Part shown: in pieces, positions 36,762 through 46,998 of the stretch
How the letters are laid out: every line of letters starts with the position of its first letter
Numbering within the stretch: position 1 is the stretch's first letter
Assembly: GCA_024686575.1 (NCBI GenBank)
Contig: GCA_024686575.1_4863.1
From: a phage
Direction: 5' to 3' (one strand)
Length of the DNA: 64,000 nt
Program-made: the position numbers and the translations under genes
Notes under the pieces: model-generated
Told to the model about the DNA's origin: nothing
The model's database searches: none
Seen by the model: the letters and a program-made list of their open reading frames with translations, nothing else

Positions 36762-36773
36762 AACTCCGGAGTT
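36762..36773. promoter_or_regulatory. palindromic shared ribosome-binding element AACTCCGGAGTT
   Basis: Perfect 12-bp palindrome centred between divergent start codons (36752 and 36775), giving GGAG on both strands. Confidence 0.45.
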
Positions 36774-36774
36774 A

Positions 36775-38037
36775 ATGATGAGTAACGAGACCGATAAGAA
36801 CGATCCGGGGTATGACCCGAATACCGACTACGACAATTCGTATCAAAACCCGAATAATATCGATGCAGTACCATCGGTCGCCGACTACTTTGACCGTCGA
36901 CTGTCCGATGCGAAACCCACCACGGCGTACAACGTTAATGATGAGTTATCGGGTTGGAATGACCGTATCCGTCTTACGTTAGGTTTGGGTCTGGCTGCGC
37001 AGCGTGTGACCAACCCCTACATGGGGTTCAACCATATGATGGCGTCGAACCCGACGCCTGTTAACCGTGAGTACGGTGGTCTAACCTTTATTACCCGCCC
37101 TGACTTCAACTTGTGCTTTGACAACATTGCCAACTCGCGCAAGATGTCGAACATGGCTTCTCAGCCGAAATCGTCACTCGACTATTCCATTCTGGCAGCG
37201 TTAGACCCAGATTTTGAATTGGGGTTCTCTGATTCACCGATGGAAGATGGGCGAAGAAAGAACCGTTTGGGCACGCCATTCATGAAGGACATTATGTTTG
37301 ACAATCTTCAGGCATTCATACCATTGCTGAGTACACAGATGCTGAGCCTCTCGGGGATGCCTGACCAGTCTGTCGATAACTGGATGTCTGAAGAAGGTTT
37401 GATGCGCGAACAGTGGGGTATGGTTGACTCCACACATGAAATCAATAACCAGTACAGCATGTCGATGTCGCTGAACAACCCATACGGCAACCCTATCATG
37501 CGAATGATGGGTGTGTGGCTGGAGTATATGTCCGGCATTAAAATGGGTAAGTTCAAACCGAAGATGCGTAACTCCATCCAACGTCGCATTGACTACCAGT
37601 CAAGGATGTACGGGTTTAAATACGACGCACTCGGAAACATTACCCGTTTCTGGACAGCGTGTGTTTGTTGGCCGATGAACGATAACGCCGGTCAAATGGC
37701 GAACGTCGATAACACCAAGCCTCAATTAAATGACGACACCACAATTAACCTCAACTGGCAATGCATCGGGGCGCGCTTCGATGACCCATTGTACATGGAG
37801 ATGTTCAACTTGACGGTGTCTATGTTTAACCCGGATATGATGCCGCAACCAGGGAGTGTTGCAGCGGGCAACTTTATCCCGATTGCCGAAGACCAGCTTG
37901 TGCCGATTGCACCACAGCTACTACCGCTGTTCAACTACTACGGCTATCCGCACATCGACTCCCTGCGTCGTAAGCTGACCTGGTATGTTTATCAGGCAGA
38001 TTACCAATTCATCCTTAAACGAGCGGGCTTACTGTAA
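36775..38037 (+). CDS. hypothetical protein
   Basis: 420 aa ORF; GGAG upstream; tandem ATG ATG start; stop overlaps start of next gene. Confidence 0.7.
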   Translation: MMSNETDKNDPGYDPNTDYDNSYQNPNNIDAVPSVADYFDRRLSDAKPTTAYNVNDELSGWNDRIRLTLGLGLAAQRVTNPYMGFNHMMASNPTPVNREYGGLTFITRPDFNLCFDNIANSRKMSNMASQPKSSLDYSILAALDPDFELGFSDSPMEDGRRKNRLGTPFMKDIMFDNLQAFIPLLSTQMLSLSGMPDQSVDNWMSEEGLMREQWGMVDSTHEINNQYSMSMSLNNPYGNPIMRMMGVWLEYMSGIKMGKFKPKMRNSIQRRIDYQSRMYGFKYDALGNITRFWTACVCWPMNDNAGQMANVDNTKPQLNDDTTINLNWQCIGARFDDPLYMEMFNLTVSMFNPDMMPQPGSVAAGNFIPIAEDQLVPIAPQLLPLFNYYGYPHIDSLRRKLTWYVYQADYQFILKRAGLL

Positions 38038-40997
38038 TGACTACGAAAACGTACGACGCATTATCGAAAGACTTGCTACTGATGGCACATAACCCATCAG
38101 CAATGCAGTCGTTAATGCTGAACCAGCTCCAAGACGTGCAGGACGCCGACGGGCAAATCCTGCTACGTGACCCGACCGACCCGGTGGTCTACATGACCGA
38201 AGTCGGAATTACGATGGGCCACACGATTATCCAGGGCGATCGGGACACCATTCCGAAAATGTTCCCCTCTATGGCACAAACTCACGATGATCTGTTCCGC
38301 CACATGTCTGACGTGGATTATGTCGATGTTTTTGCCCAGCCATCACAAGCGACCTTACTGCTGCTTCTAGATGTCGACTCTCTATTAGCGAAGGCGATGC
38401 CGTTAAACGTGGCAGGTATTCGTAAAGTAGTGATTCCGCGGGATACCGTCTTTACTGTTTCAGGTTACAACTTTGCCATTCAGTATCCCATCGAAATTCG
38501 AGTGCTGCCGTATGGTACTGTTGATAATCCAGCCTTCCAGGTCTTGTGGATTACCGAAACCCAGTCACCGATATCGCCCGTAACCACTAACGCGTTGGAC
38601 TGGGAACTGACAAGTGTTCCCAGCACACCGTCGCAGATACTGGCTATCCGTATTCCGGTGATGCAGTACAGTGTAAAGGACGAGAACGATACGTTGTTGG
38701 GGCAGAACACGTTTGTGATGACGCGCACGTTCACCAACAAGTTCTTCTACGCACGGGTGTGGAATAAACCGTCCAATTCAAACACCTGGACAGAAATCCA
38801 TCACACGCACAGTCGTGACGTTTACGATCCAAACACACCTACGGCGCTGATTCAAGTCGTTAACCAGTCCATTCGCTGTACGATACCGTCTATCTACATG
38901 GCGAAGAACCTGGTAAGTGGTGAAATCCGCATGGACGTATATACGACCATCGGGCCACTCGACCTCGACGTTTCTGCATTTCCGGCGGACGAGTACACCT
39001 TCTCATTGCGCGACTTGAACGGTGAATACGATGCGGGATACATCAACCCGTTGAAATCATTCTCCATCAAAATGCTGGTTGCTGAAGAAGGCAGTTACGC
39101 CACCGGGGGGCGTACACAACTTTCGTTTGATGAGTTGCGTGACCGTGTGGTAAATAACGCTGTGGGGATTCGCAAACTGCCTGTAACGGAAAAGCAGTTA
39201 GAAGCCACCGTATCGGATTACGGTCTAACGTTATCGAAGCCAAACGATTACGTAACTGGGCGTACTTACTTCCTGACTGCGCCGATGCCGGAGTCCACGT
39301 TATCTAAAGTGAGTTCCCCTATCGGAACCATCACCGCCCCGCTGTACTTTAGCTGGGATGAACTGGTGAAACTGCCGACGGTCCGTATTAACGGCAACCG
39401 TTTGACGATTGAGCCGGATACGCTGTATCGCTTTACGGATACCAGTCTGCAAATCGATGCGGAGATGACCATCCTTGCGAAGACCATGCGTAAAGAAGAT
39501 TTGGTTAACGCGGGTAACACTAACCGTTACCTGTTCACACCGTTCCATTACGTGGTGGACATTAACAACAAATCTTGCGATGTTCGTATTTACCAACTCG
39601 ATAAACCGCAGTTGAACTCAAAACGTTTCGTTAGCACCAACGTGACAACGGAGCTGAGTGTTGTCACTGCAGATTATCAGATTGAGAAAACGAGCGAAGG
39701 TTATATCCTGCGCACTGTGACTAAGTCAGAACCGCCATACCAGGCGTTAAGTGATGACCAAGTCTTTGCGCAGATTTCCTTCTCGCCACGCAACGCAGAC
39801 GGTAAGTTGGCGTACATCAACGGCACCTTAGTGGGTCGTCAAGGTTCGGAGCGTGTATGGGAATTCTTGTTGAAAACCAATCTCGATGTTGACCGTAACG
39901 ATGAGCTGATTATCAACAACACCCGAATCACCACCGAAGTGGATGTGGACACACCTGCACCGTTGTTAACCGAGTATAACGTGTTCTACGGCTGTACGGG
40001 TTACTACCCCGGTAATTACGAACGCGCTGAAATGGATACAATGATTGTACCGCCTGCGCGCGATGGTATTGGGATTACTCATGAGATTTTCAAAATCGAG
40101 CTGGGTAAAGCCATGTCCTATTACTGGCGAAAAGCACGTGCAGTAACGGACAGCATCAACTACGAATACTACCAGAAGGACGTTCTGGCGTATTGGGAAA
40201 AGGATGTTATTAAAACCAAAGAAGATGGTGTAACGCCTGAGTATACGTACGACCCTAATGCTGTTCCACCGTTGCAAATCACGTACCTGCATCGCAAAGG
40301 CGATCCGAAAATAGACCCGGTCACCGGTGAACAAGAAATCGCACACCACGTTGGGGAGCAAATCTTCGACGGGAACGGTCAGCCTATTATTGCGAAACCG
40401 CGCAGTATTAAGTTCCGTAGTGAAATGGCTGTCTTTGATGCCCGTTATAAGTTCGCAACCTCGAAAGCGGTTAAAACGTACCTTGATAGCGTAATTGACA
40501 ACATCATCAACTATGTTACGGTGGTACTGCCTAATCTGAAACCGCTGCTGTTGGAGCAAACTGAAGGCTTCTTTGTTCCTATCACCACGATGGGTTATAT
40601 CGACGTACGTACCGAAGACGGGGTTGTGTCACCGTTGCCTGCTGAAAACCAGTTCACTGTCAAATATTACCTCACGGCAGCGAACCGCGCAAACAGCGAG
40701 CTTCTGGCACAAATCCGGAAACGGACTTCGCAAGTCATTAACGATTATCTGTCAACACATCTGACCGTTTCAGCAACCGAGATTGGTAATGCGCTACGCA
40801 CCACGCTTAACGATGCCATTATCGGTGTTGAACTCGACGACATGGGGCCAGATAAAGACCTGCGACTGTTCACTGTCATTACCGAAGCGGCACGTGCCAC
40901 GATTGGTAAGAAGCTCGATATCGAAGCCAATGGCGACATCGGTTTGAAAGATGACATCGTACTGTCGTACAACCGTCACGATACCGAAAAAGAATAA
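38037..40997 (+). CDS. hypothetical large protein (possible virion component)
   Basis: 986 aa ORF; start overlaps upstream stop; strong bidirectional terminator after stop. Confidence 0.75.
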   Translation: MTTKTYDALSKDLLLMAHNPSAMQSLMLNQLQDVQDADGQILLRDPTDPVVYMTEVGITMGHTIIQGDRDTIPKMFPSMAQTHDDLFRHMSDVDYVDVFAQPSQATLLLLLDVDSLLAKAMPLNVAGIRKVVIPRDTVFTVSGYNFAIQYPIEIRVLPYGTVDNPAFQVLWITETQSPISPVTTNALDWELTSVPSTPSQILAIRIPVMQYSVKDENDTLLGQNTFVMTRTFTNKFFYARVWNKPSNSNTWTEIHHTHSRDVYDPNTPTALIQVVNQSIRCTIPSIYMAKNLVSGEIRMDVYTTIGPLDLDVSAFPADEYTFSLRDLNGEYDAGYINPLKSFSIKMLVAEEGSYATGGRTQLSFDELRDRVVNNAVGIRKLPVTEKQLEATVSDYGLTLSKPNDYVTGRTYFLTAPMPESTLSKVSSPIGTITAPLYFSWDELVKLPTVRINGNRLTIEPDTLYRFTDTSLQIDAEMTILAKTMRKEDLVNAGNTNRYLFTPFHYVVDINNKSCDVRIYQLDKPQLNSKRFVSTNVTTELSVVTADYQIEKTSEGYILRTVTKSEPPYQALSDDQVFAQISFSPRNADGKLAYINGTLVGRQGSERVWEFLLKTNLDVDRNDELIINNTRITTEVDVDTPAPLLTEYNVFYGCTGYYPGNYERAEMDTMIVPPARDGIGITHEIFKIELGKAMSYYWRKARAVTDSINYEYYQKDVLAYWEKDVIKTKEDGVTPEYTYDPNAVPPLQITYLHRKGDPKIDPVTGEQEIAHHVGEQIFDGNGQPIIAKPRSIKFRSEMAVFDARYKFATSKAVKTYLDSVIDNIINYVTVVLPNLKPLLLEQTEGFFVPITTMGYIDVRTEDGVVSPLPAENQFTVKYYLTAANRANSELLAQIRKRTSQVINDYLSTHLTVSATEIGNALRTTLNDAIIGVELDDMGPDKDLRLFTVITEAARATIGKKLDIEANGDIGLKDDIVLSYNRHDTEKE

Positions 40998-41043
40998 AAA
41001 GCACTACCCTCTCCCGAAGGAGAGGGTAGCCTTTTATTTTATT
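40985..41043. terminator. bidirectional rho-independent terminator
   Basis: 11-bp stem CTACCCTCTCC/GGAGAGGGTAG flanked by A-run upstream and TTTTATTTTATT downstream, between convergent genes. Confidence 0.8.
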
Positions 41044-42772
41044 CGCCGTCAAGCATATTTTTGCGATTATTGCCTTTCACCAACGGGTTACGTTTGGCCA
41101 GGTTCAGTATCGTCTGCAGTGTAGCGGCAGCACCGCAACAACGACGCACCAAAGACAGGTTACGTCGCAAGCCGACGAAGAGGTCTTCATCCCCGTCTGG
41201 GGAGAATAACACCATCGAGAGTTCACGACCGTCGGTACGCAGGCCAGAAGGCTGATTAAGCTCATTCATGATGACTTCGCTAATCAGGTTAACGTATTCA
41301 ACGTTATCCTTGGTTGCTTTCTGGAACTGCTCCAACACTTTAATCGTGTTGTTAACCGCCTTATCCAGTGCACTGTAACGATTCAGGTTAGTCGCAGCGG
41401 TGTCGTTGGTAAAGCCTTGTTTACCTAACGTTACCACTACAGCCAGCAACTCACGTTCGTCACCAACCGATAACGTGCCTGCCTGACGCATTTGCTCTAA
41501 ACACTCGCGTCCCAAGAACGCAGATGCTTGTGCGTTGACCAATACCTTACCAGGCACGAAGTCCACACCATCGTCATGACCCACCAAACCACGAACTTTG
41601 TTTTCTGGGATAACGACCAAAGGTGCAGTAGCGTATTCGAATCCTTTGCGGGAAACGTCGCTGATGATGAAGTTCATCGTGGTGTTCAGCTGCGCTAACG
41701 CCTGACCGAAAATAAGCGCGGTGTCGTGTGCTGCTTTGTTAACTTGCTTACCGTTGTGCGTGGTGGTTGAACCTTGCTGATTCTTAAAACCTTCGGCGAC
41801 GCTTGGGTCAATCATCGCTTTAAAGGCACTCTGGAGCGAGCCAAAGTAACCGATAAGTTCGCTGGCAACATTCGACATCTGATGGAAGTTCAACAGGTTC
41901 GGAATACGCACACCGGCTTCGCGAGCAGACTTCGGTAACGCCTGCCAGGCTTTCTTACCCACTTCAATCGGGTAGATACCGTACGTCACGTTGTGTTGTA
42001 ACAGGGTGTCTAACAGATCGTGAATAACCTGCTGGCTTGACTGACGTTTCTTAGTGTAGCCTTTGAACAACTCAGTGAACGGCGAACGACCCAGCGCGCT
42101 GCTCAAGTCGTTCAGATACTCTTCCGCGTTCATGTTCGTAAACACTTCGTCGGCCATCGCGATAGCCAAGTTCAGGTTTTCCAGATCACGACCTTTCAGA
42201 CCCTTAGAGGCTTCGATGTATGCATCTTTCACTGCGCTGATTTTCAACTGACCGATGATAGTGTTTTCGGTCTGGGAGAAACTCTCTGCTTTTTCGCCGA
42301 CTTTCTCAGCGTAACCTTCGCCGTCGAATTCGCCATTACCAGCAAACCCGTTACCGTTGCTGATAATCCAACCGATGATTTTGATAATCGCGGTCATGAT
42401 CAACACAACCAATCCCACTTTACCTGCATTTGCCCAGGATTCGAGCGCAACAATAGTCTCTTTCTGGTGCGTGCGGGTATAGTTCGAGGTCAGGATTTTG
42501 CGAACGGCTTCGGGAATTGTACCTGGGCGAGAAGATTCAACAGCGACAGCGACATCTTTCGACAGACCTGCGCGACGCACTTCGTCAAGAATCGCGTCAA
42601 TTTGCAGAATCAGTCGAGAGCCGTAGATTAAGTCAGCTTCGTTGCGTTGCATGTACAGATTGAGCTGGTTGACAGAATCAATACGCTCGGCCATACGTGA
42701 ACGCAGGACTTCACCGATCTCCCCCAAACGCCATTTGGGGTGGGTGGCGTTACCTGTCATTTCCATGCTCAT
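41039..42772 (-). CDS. hypothetical protein with one predicted transmembrane segment
   Basis: 577 aa; hydrophobic segment GKVGLVVLIMTAIIKIIGWII near residue 120-140. Confidence 0.7.
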   Translation of the reverse strand: MSMEMTGNATHPKWRLGEIGEVLRSRMAERIDSVNQLNLYMQRNEADLIYGSRLILQIDAILDEVRRAGLSKDVAVAVESSRPGTIPEAVRKILTSNYTRTHQKETIVALESWANAGKVGLVVLIMTAIIKIIGWIISNGNGFAGNGEFDGEGYAEKVGEKAESFSQTENTIIGQLKISAVKDAYIEASKGLKGRDLENLNLAIAMADEVFTNMNAEEYLNDLSSALGRSPFTELFKGYTKKRQSSQQVIHDLLDTLLQHNVTYGIYPIEVGKKAWQALPKSAREAGVRIPNLLNFHQMSNVASELIGYFGSLQSAFKAMIDPSVAEGFKNQQGSTTTHNGKQVNKAAHDTALIFGQALAQLNTTMNFIISDVSRKGFEYATAPLVVIPENKVRGLVGHDDGVDFVPGKVLVNAQASAFLGRECLEQMRQAGTLSVGDERELLAVVVTLGKQGFTNDTAATNLNRYSALDKAVNNTIKVLEQFQKATKDNVEYVNLISEVIMNELNQPSGLRTDGRELSMVLFSPDGDEDLFVGLRRNLSLVRRCCGAAATLQTILNLAKRNPLVKGNNRKNMLDGE

Positions 42773-43212
42773 GAAATTTGCCCTTTCAGTTCTGCCATGT
42801 AGAAACCAACCACTTCCATAAAGCGGCTAATCCACAGACCGACGGTTTCCCAGATATCTTCACCGAGCGCCTGGTTGAAGATTTCACGAACAGAGAAACT
42901 TTCCAGGGCTTTAGCGCCGCCATACACGTTGCAGTAACGATTGCAGTACAGACCCACGGTCATGTCCTCAATCACGCCCAAATCAACACAGTACAGCTCG
43001 TTAACGTCGGAGACGATATTACGCATTACCGGACGTAAAAACGTCCCAGCGGCCTCTGCAGCGCCATATTGGCCATTATCAGCCAGTACCGCGTTATACG
43101 CCAGTGAGAAAGCAACCAGACCAGTCAAAGCACGCTGGGCGTGTACGCCTTTCCCTTCGTTGGTACGTTTGAAATCCAGTACCAGGTTATTTAAAGAAAC
43201 TTTGTGCGTCAT
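42769..43212 (-). CDS. hypothetical protein
   Basis: 147 aa ORF; 4-nt overlap with downstream gene. Confidence 0.65.
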   Translation of the reverse strand: MTHKVSLNNLVLDFKRTNEGKGVHAQRALTGLVAFSLAYNAVLADNGQYGAAEAAGTFLRPVMRNIVSDVNELYCVDLGVIEDMTVGLYCNRYCNVYGGAKALESFSVREIFNQALGEDIWETVGLWISRFMEVVGFYMAELKGQIS

Positions 43213-43227
43213 GTTAAGTACCCTTAC

Positions 43228-44580
43228 TTAGGAAGAAGTCGCCTGACTAAGCTTCGCAGAAGCCACACGCAGGTCATTAGAAAGATAGCGCTCCATCGTA
43301 CGCTGATAATCCACCCCAGCACGCTCACGGCGACCGCCAGGGGTCAGCGTTTTCATGATGAAGCTAAAGACGTTGTCTTTGTCTTTCACGGTTTTCAGTA
43401 GTTCGTCGATAGACGCAATGCCCTGCAGAATACGTTTACGATGTTCGTTCGCTTCTTTCGTGGTGCTGCCTTTTAAGGTGTTCAGCTCCTCCACTAAGTT
43501 ACGGCGCATCGTCTCAAAACGTTCCTGCGGCGGATCGTAGATGGTGTTGCGTGGGTCGTTCACAATCAGGCCGAACGCGACTGAGATAGTCGTGAAGAAC
43601 AGACCAACTGGATTAGTCGAAGCCACAATCAGCAGCGAAACGTTAAGCATCTCCAGCATCAGATGCACACCGTAGTTCATGTACGACGCGTTCCGGCAGA
43701 GATAGAATTGGGACGTTTCGATTTTGTACAAGGCTGACGCCAGGTACGGGGCTGCACCAAAGCGAGCTGCGAAGTCATCTGCAGCACGTTCCCAGGTACG
43801 GTTAGCGAACCCTTCCGAACCGGTAACAAACGGACGCTCAAGCAGAATGTCTGTCACCAGATGCATGTAGATGTTCTCTTTAGACATCTCTTTGCAGATA
43901 GTTTCCGGCTGATTCACTTTGGTGTTCAGCATACGTTCAACGTCTTTTACGACTTTTAAACGCACTGTCGGGTCTTCTGTTTGCATCATGCGGTTCGCTG
44001 CAGCATCCGCAATCAGGTTCGTTACCACCGTACGCATCAAGGTACGGAAATAGTAATAGACGTGACCGACTTCATGTAGAATAATCGCCGCGACTTCTAA
44101 ATCCGTTAACTCGATACCTGTCAGTAGTTTCGGGGTCAGCCAAAGTGGGGACGGCACCTTGCTGAGTTCGCCTGAAAGCTTCGCATTTTTATCGTCGAAC
44201 TCGCCGTTCAGCTCGTTCTCTTTTAAGAACTTACTGTAGACATCCAGGTCGGTGTTACCCTGCACCATCTTGCGTTGCAGGTCGGCGATGATTGGGTTGT
44301 TCGCGTCGAGCTTCGGTGGCTCCACACCCGCAAACACAACGTCCGCCACACCTAAGTCGGACCCGTTACGAGGCAGGACTGTAATACCGTTGTTGTCAAA
44401 GACCCAGGCAGCAATACCAGAACTCTGATAACCCGCTGGCGAGAAGTCGCCCGCATCACGGAACTTACGTACCACTTCCGCCAAAGAGGCGAGTTTCTTT
44501 TTATCTTGGAATCCGATGGACTCCGAGGCCACGGCTTTCGCGTCGGCCAACGAGGTTATGTGCTTTTGCCAGTGTCCCAT
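43228..44580 (-). CDS. putative membrane-associated zinc metallopeptidase (HExxH, M48/M56-like)
   Basis: 450 aa; AAIILHEVGHVYY contains HExxH; downstream TWERAADDF resembles the E-x-x-A-D third-ligand motif; hydrophobic stretch LLIVASTNPVGLFFTTISVAFGLIV. Confidence 0.65.
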   Translation of the reverse strand: MGHWQKHITSLADAKAVASESIGFQDKKKLASLAEVVRKFRDAGDFSPAGYQSSGIAAWVFDNNGITVLPRNGSDLGVADVVFAGVEPPKLDANNPIIADLQRKMVQGNTDLDVYSKFLKENELNGEFDDKNAKLSGELSKVPSPLWLTPKLLTGIELTDLEVAAIILHEVGHVYYYFRTLMRTVVTNLIADAAANRMMQTEDPTVRLKVVKDVERMLNTKVNQPETICKEMSKENIYMHLVTDILLERPFVTGSEGFANRTWERAADDFAARFGAAPYLASALYKIETSQFYLCRNASYMNYGVHLMLEMLNVSLLIVASTNPVGLFFTTISVAFGLIVNDPRNTIYDPPQERFETMRRNLVEELNTLKGSTTKEANEHRKRILQGIASIDELLKTVKDKDNVFSFIMKTLTPGGRRERAGVDYQRTMERYLSNDLRVASAKLSQATSS

Positions 44581-44650
44581 TTAGACGTTCCTTTTAGAAA
44601 ATACGTTACCCACAAATCAGTATAGCAGACACCATATTTGAGAGTAGACC

Positions 44651-46435
44651 ATGGAAATCAATACCTATTACGCACCCGAGGATGTCATCGCTAAAGAGTG
44701 CAAGCACGTCGCTTATGCGACGGACGAAGAAAAAGAAAATGACTTTGTCCTCATCAAAGAGGTCATCCATACTAAGGATGGCAGGCTTATCCCGCGCTTG
44801 GTAATGCGTGAGAATTTAAAGCGTCCGGTGTACGTTACCCGTGAAGAATATCGTAACCACCAGGAGAAAAAGGAGTTCGAAGAAAAAGGAAAATGTCAAG
44901 AACTCTGGACTACTGATGCGCAGATGGCGAAGACGTTGCAGATGGGTTTAGGTGCACGTTTCCCTGACCCGAAAAAGAACCTGAGGCGTGTTTGTACTAG
45001 CCCGTACGTTTATTGGGCCGACTTACCGATTACCAGCTGGATTAAACAGAAATACTTAAAGCGTTGGCCAAACAACATCAGTCCTAACCGTCTTTGTGTA
45101 TACGACGTAGAGACCAACGAAATGGACGGCACGAAGGAACCGTGGATCGTGTCATTTATCTTAGACGACGAAATCCATTTCTTTGGTGCTAAGAACTACA
45201 TGGACCGCATCGGTAAAAACGCGGAAGAAGTCATTCTCAAAAAAGCGCAGGAACTCTTAAGCAAAATCGAATTCGATGAGAAAGACAAAAAGACTGGCGA
45301 AAAGGTGACAAAGACCAAAGACATTATCAGTGGTTATAAAATCTTCACCTATACCTGCGCTACAGCAGGGCAGTGCATCGTCAGGATGTTCGAAGAAATT
45401 CATCCGCGTCTTCCTGATTTGCTGGTCGCATGGAACCACCAGTTCGATATTTCACGCATGTTAGAAACCTTGCAGAAAGAAGGCATCGATCCACTGGGCG
45501 TCTTTAACCATCCGGATGTGCCGGAGAAATACCGTCGTCTGTGGTTTAAAGAAGACCAGGCGAACAAAAAGACAGAATCCAAGTCACTCACCAAAGCACC
45601 GTCACAACAGTGGCACGTACTCTACTGTACTGCGTCTTTCTACTGTGTGGATGCCATGGTGTTATTCCGTTCGTTGCGTGTCCACGAAGGCCAACGTCCT
45701 TCGTACAAGTTATCTGCCATACTGTACACCGAACTCGGTTTACACAAACTCGACATTCCTGGCCTGCCGTATGAAGATAACCTGCAATGGCACATAAAAG
45801 CACAACGGGACTACCCTGCCGAATACGCCGTATACAACATGATGGATAACTTGTTAATTGTGTTGTTGGATAAGAAGACGAACGACTTGTCTTCAGCAAT
45901 ATCCATTCTGGCAGGTTTCTCGATGTACGATATCTTCCCGTCGCTACCAAAACGTATCTGTGTGGCCTTTACCTATTATCTGTATGACAAAGGATACGTC
46001 ATCGGCTCCGTAGGATCTGCAATGCGTAACGATTACGATGAAGAGGTTATCGGTACAGACGGTTGGATTGTTACCCTGACAGCATGTATGAATGCTGAGA
46101 ACGGTCTGAATAACATTCTGGAGGAGATTGACGAATATTACTCTGCGTTCCGTGGTCAAACTGCGGATGCGGACTTAACCCAGGCCTACCCTTCGGCCAC
46201 AAACATGATGAACCAGTCTCGTGAGACCACACTCATTGAACTGCTGTCCATCAATGGGGTTAGTGAAGAGATTCGACGTCGCACGGGCGTCAACTTAACT
46301 GCTGGGCGAGTTAATGCCATGGAAATAGCGACAGACTTCTTCTGCTTACCGGACAAAGACACTGTCCTGTCTACGTTCTTACGTAAGCAAGGGGAAGTAG
46401 TGACAGAGCCTATGGAGTACATCTGCGGGTTCTAA
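44651..46435 (+). CDS. family-B DNA polymerase N-terminal fragment (3-5 exonuclease domain plus motif A)
   Basis: 594 aa; Exo I-like VYDVETNE, Exo II-like VAWNHQFD, Exo III-like YCVDAM, and polymerase motif A-like DLTQAYPS; motifs B and C (KxxxNSxYG, YGDTDS) not found, so the rest of the polymerase is encoded elsewhere. Confidence 0.65.
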   Translation: MEINTYYAPEDVIAKECKHVAYATDEEKENDFVLIKEVIHTKDGRLIPRLVMRENLKRPVYVTREEYRNHQEKKEFEEKGKCQELWTTDAQMAKTLQMGLGARFPDPKKNLRRVCTSPYVYWADLPITSWIKQKYLKRWPNNISPNRLCVYDVETNEMDGTKEPWIVSFILDDEIHFFGAKNYMDRIGKNAEEVILKKAQELLSKIEFDEKDKKTGEKVTKTKDIISGYKIFTYTCATAGQCIVRMFEEIHPRLPDLLVAWNHQFDISRMLETLQKEGIDPLGVFNHPDVPEKYRRLWFKEDQANKKTESKSLTKAPSQQWHVLYCTASFYCVDAMVLFRSLRVHEGQRPSYKLSAILYTELGLHKLDIPGLPYEDNLQWHIKAQRDYPAEYAVYNMMDNLLIVLLDKKTNDLSSAISILAGFSMYDIFPSLPKRICVAFTYYLYDKGYVIGSVGSAMRNDYDEEVIGTDGWIVTLTACMNAENGLNNILEEIDEYYSAFRGQTADADLTQAYPSATNMMNQSRETTLIELLSINGVSEEIRRRTGVNLTAGRVNAMEIATDFFCLPDKDTVLSTFLRKQGEVVTEPMEYICGF

Positions 46436-46490
46436 AACAAAAAAAGAAAGGCCTCTCTACCCTAGGGTAGAGAGGTACTTTTATTTAGCC
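46436..46490. terminator. bidirectional rho-independent terminator
   Basis: Palindromic stem CCTCTCTACCC/GGGTAGAGAGG flanked by A-run and T-run, between convergent genes. Confidence 0.8.
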
Positions 46491-46985
46491 GCCAAAGGCG
46501 TGCATAACCAGCGAACGGAGGTCCGGGTCGTTCAAGCGACGGGCCAGACGGTCAACATCGTTGGTATCACGGAAACGACCTTTATCGGCGCAGCGTGCGT
46601 AACGAATCAGCATGTTAATAAAGATAACGAAGACTTCACGCTCGTCACGATTCGGGAAGTTCTCACTGATACGGTTATTAGCAGCCGGTGCGTAGAAAAT
46701 ACCGTTACGGTGCTTATTAGCCGCTTCTACAAAGGCGTAGAAACCATCCAGGAAGGCCTGACCGCGCAGTTTAAACAGCTCACGGAAAGAGTGATGCAGC
46801 TTATTATACGCATCTTTCTCAGCCTGGGTACCAGATGCTTTACGTGGGCCGGCGTTGTTACCTGCTTCATCGAGCATCGTGGTGATCAGTTTAACACGAT
46901 ATTGGTCGTCGTTGCTGTAAGAAGCGCTATCACGGACCACGCCTTCTGTACGCGGGTCAAGGGTAGTAGTGTCTTTCTTAGTCAT
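46485..46985 (-). CDS. hypothetical protein
   Basis: Track ORF 46485-47060; internal ATG at 46985 has an AAGGA Shine-Dalgarno and avoids 62-nt overlap with the upstream gene. Confidence 0.55.
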   Translation of the reverse strand: MTKKDTTTLDPRTEGVVRDSASYSNDDQYRVKLITTMLDEAGNNAGPRKASGTQAEKDAYNKLHHSFRELFKLRGQAFLDGFYAFVEAANKHRNGIFYAPAANNRISENFPNRDEREVFVIFINMLIRYARCADKGRFRDTNDVDRLARRLNDPDLRSLVMHAFGG

Positions 46986-46998
46986 GAGGAAACAATCC

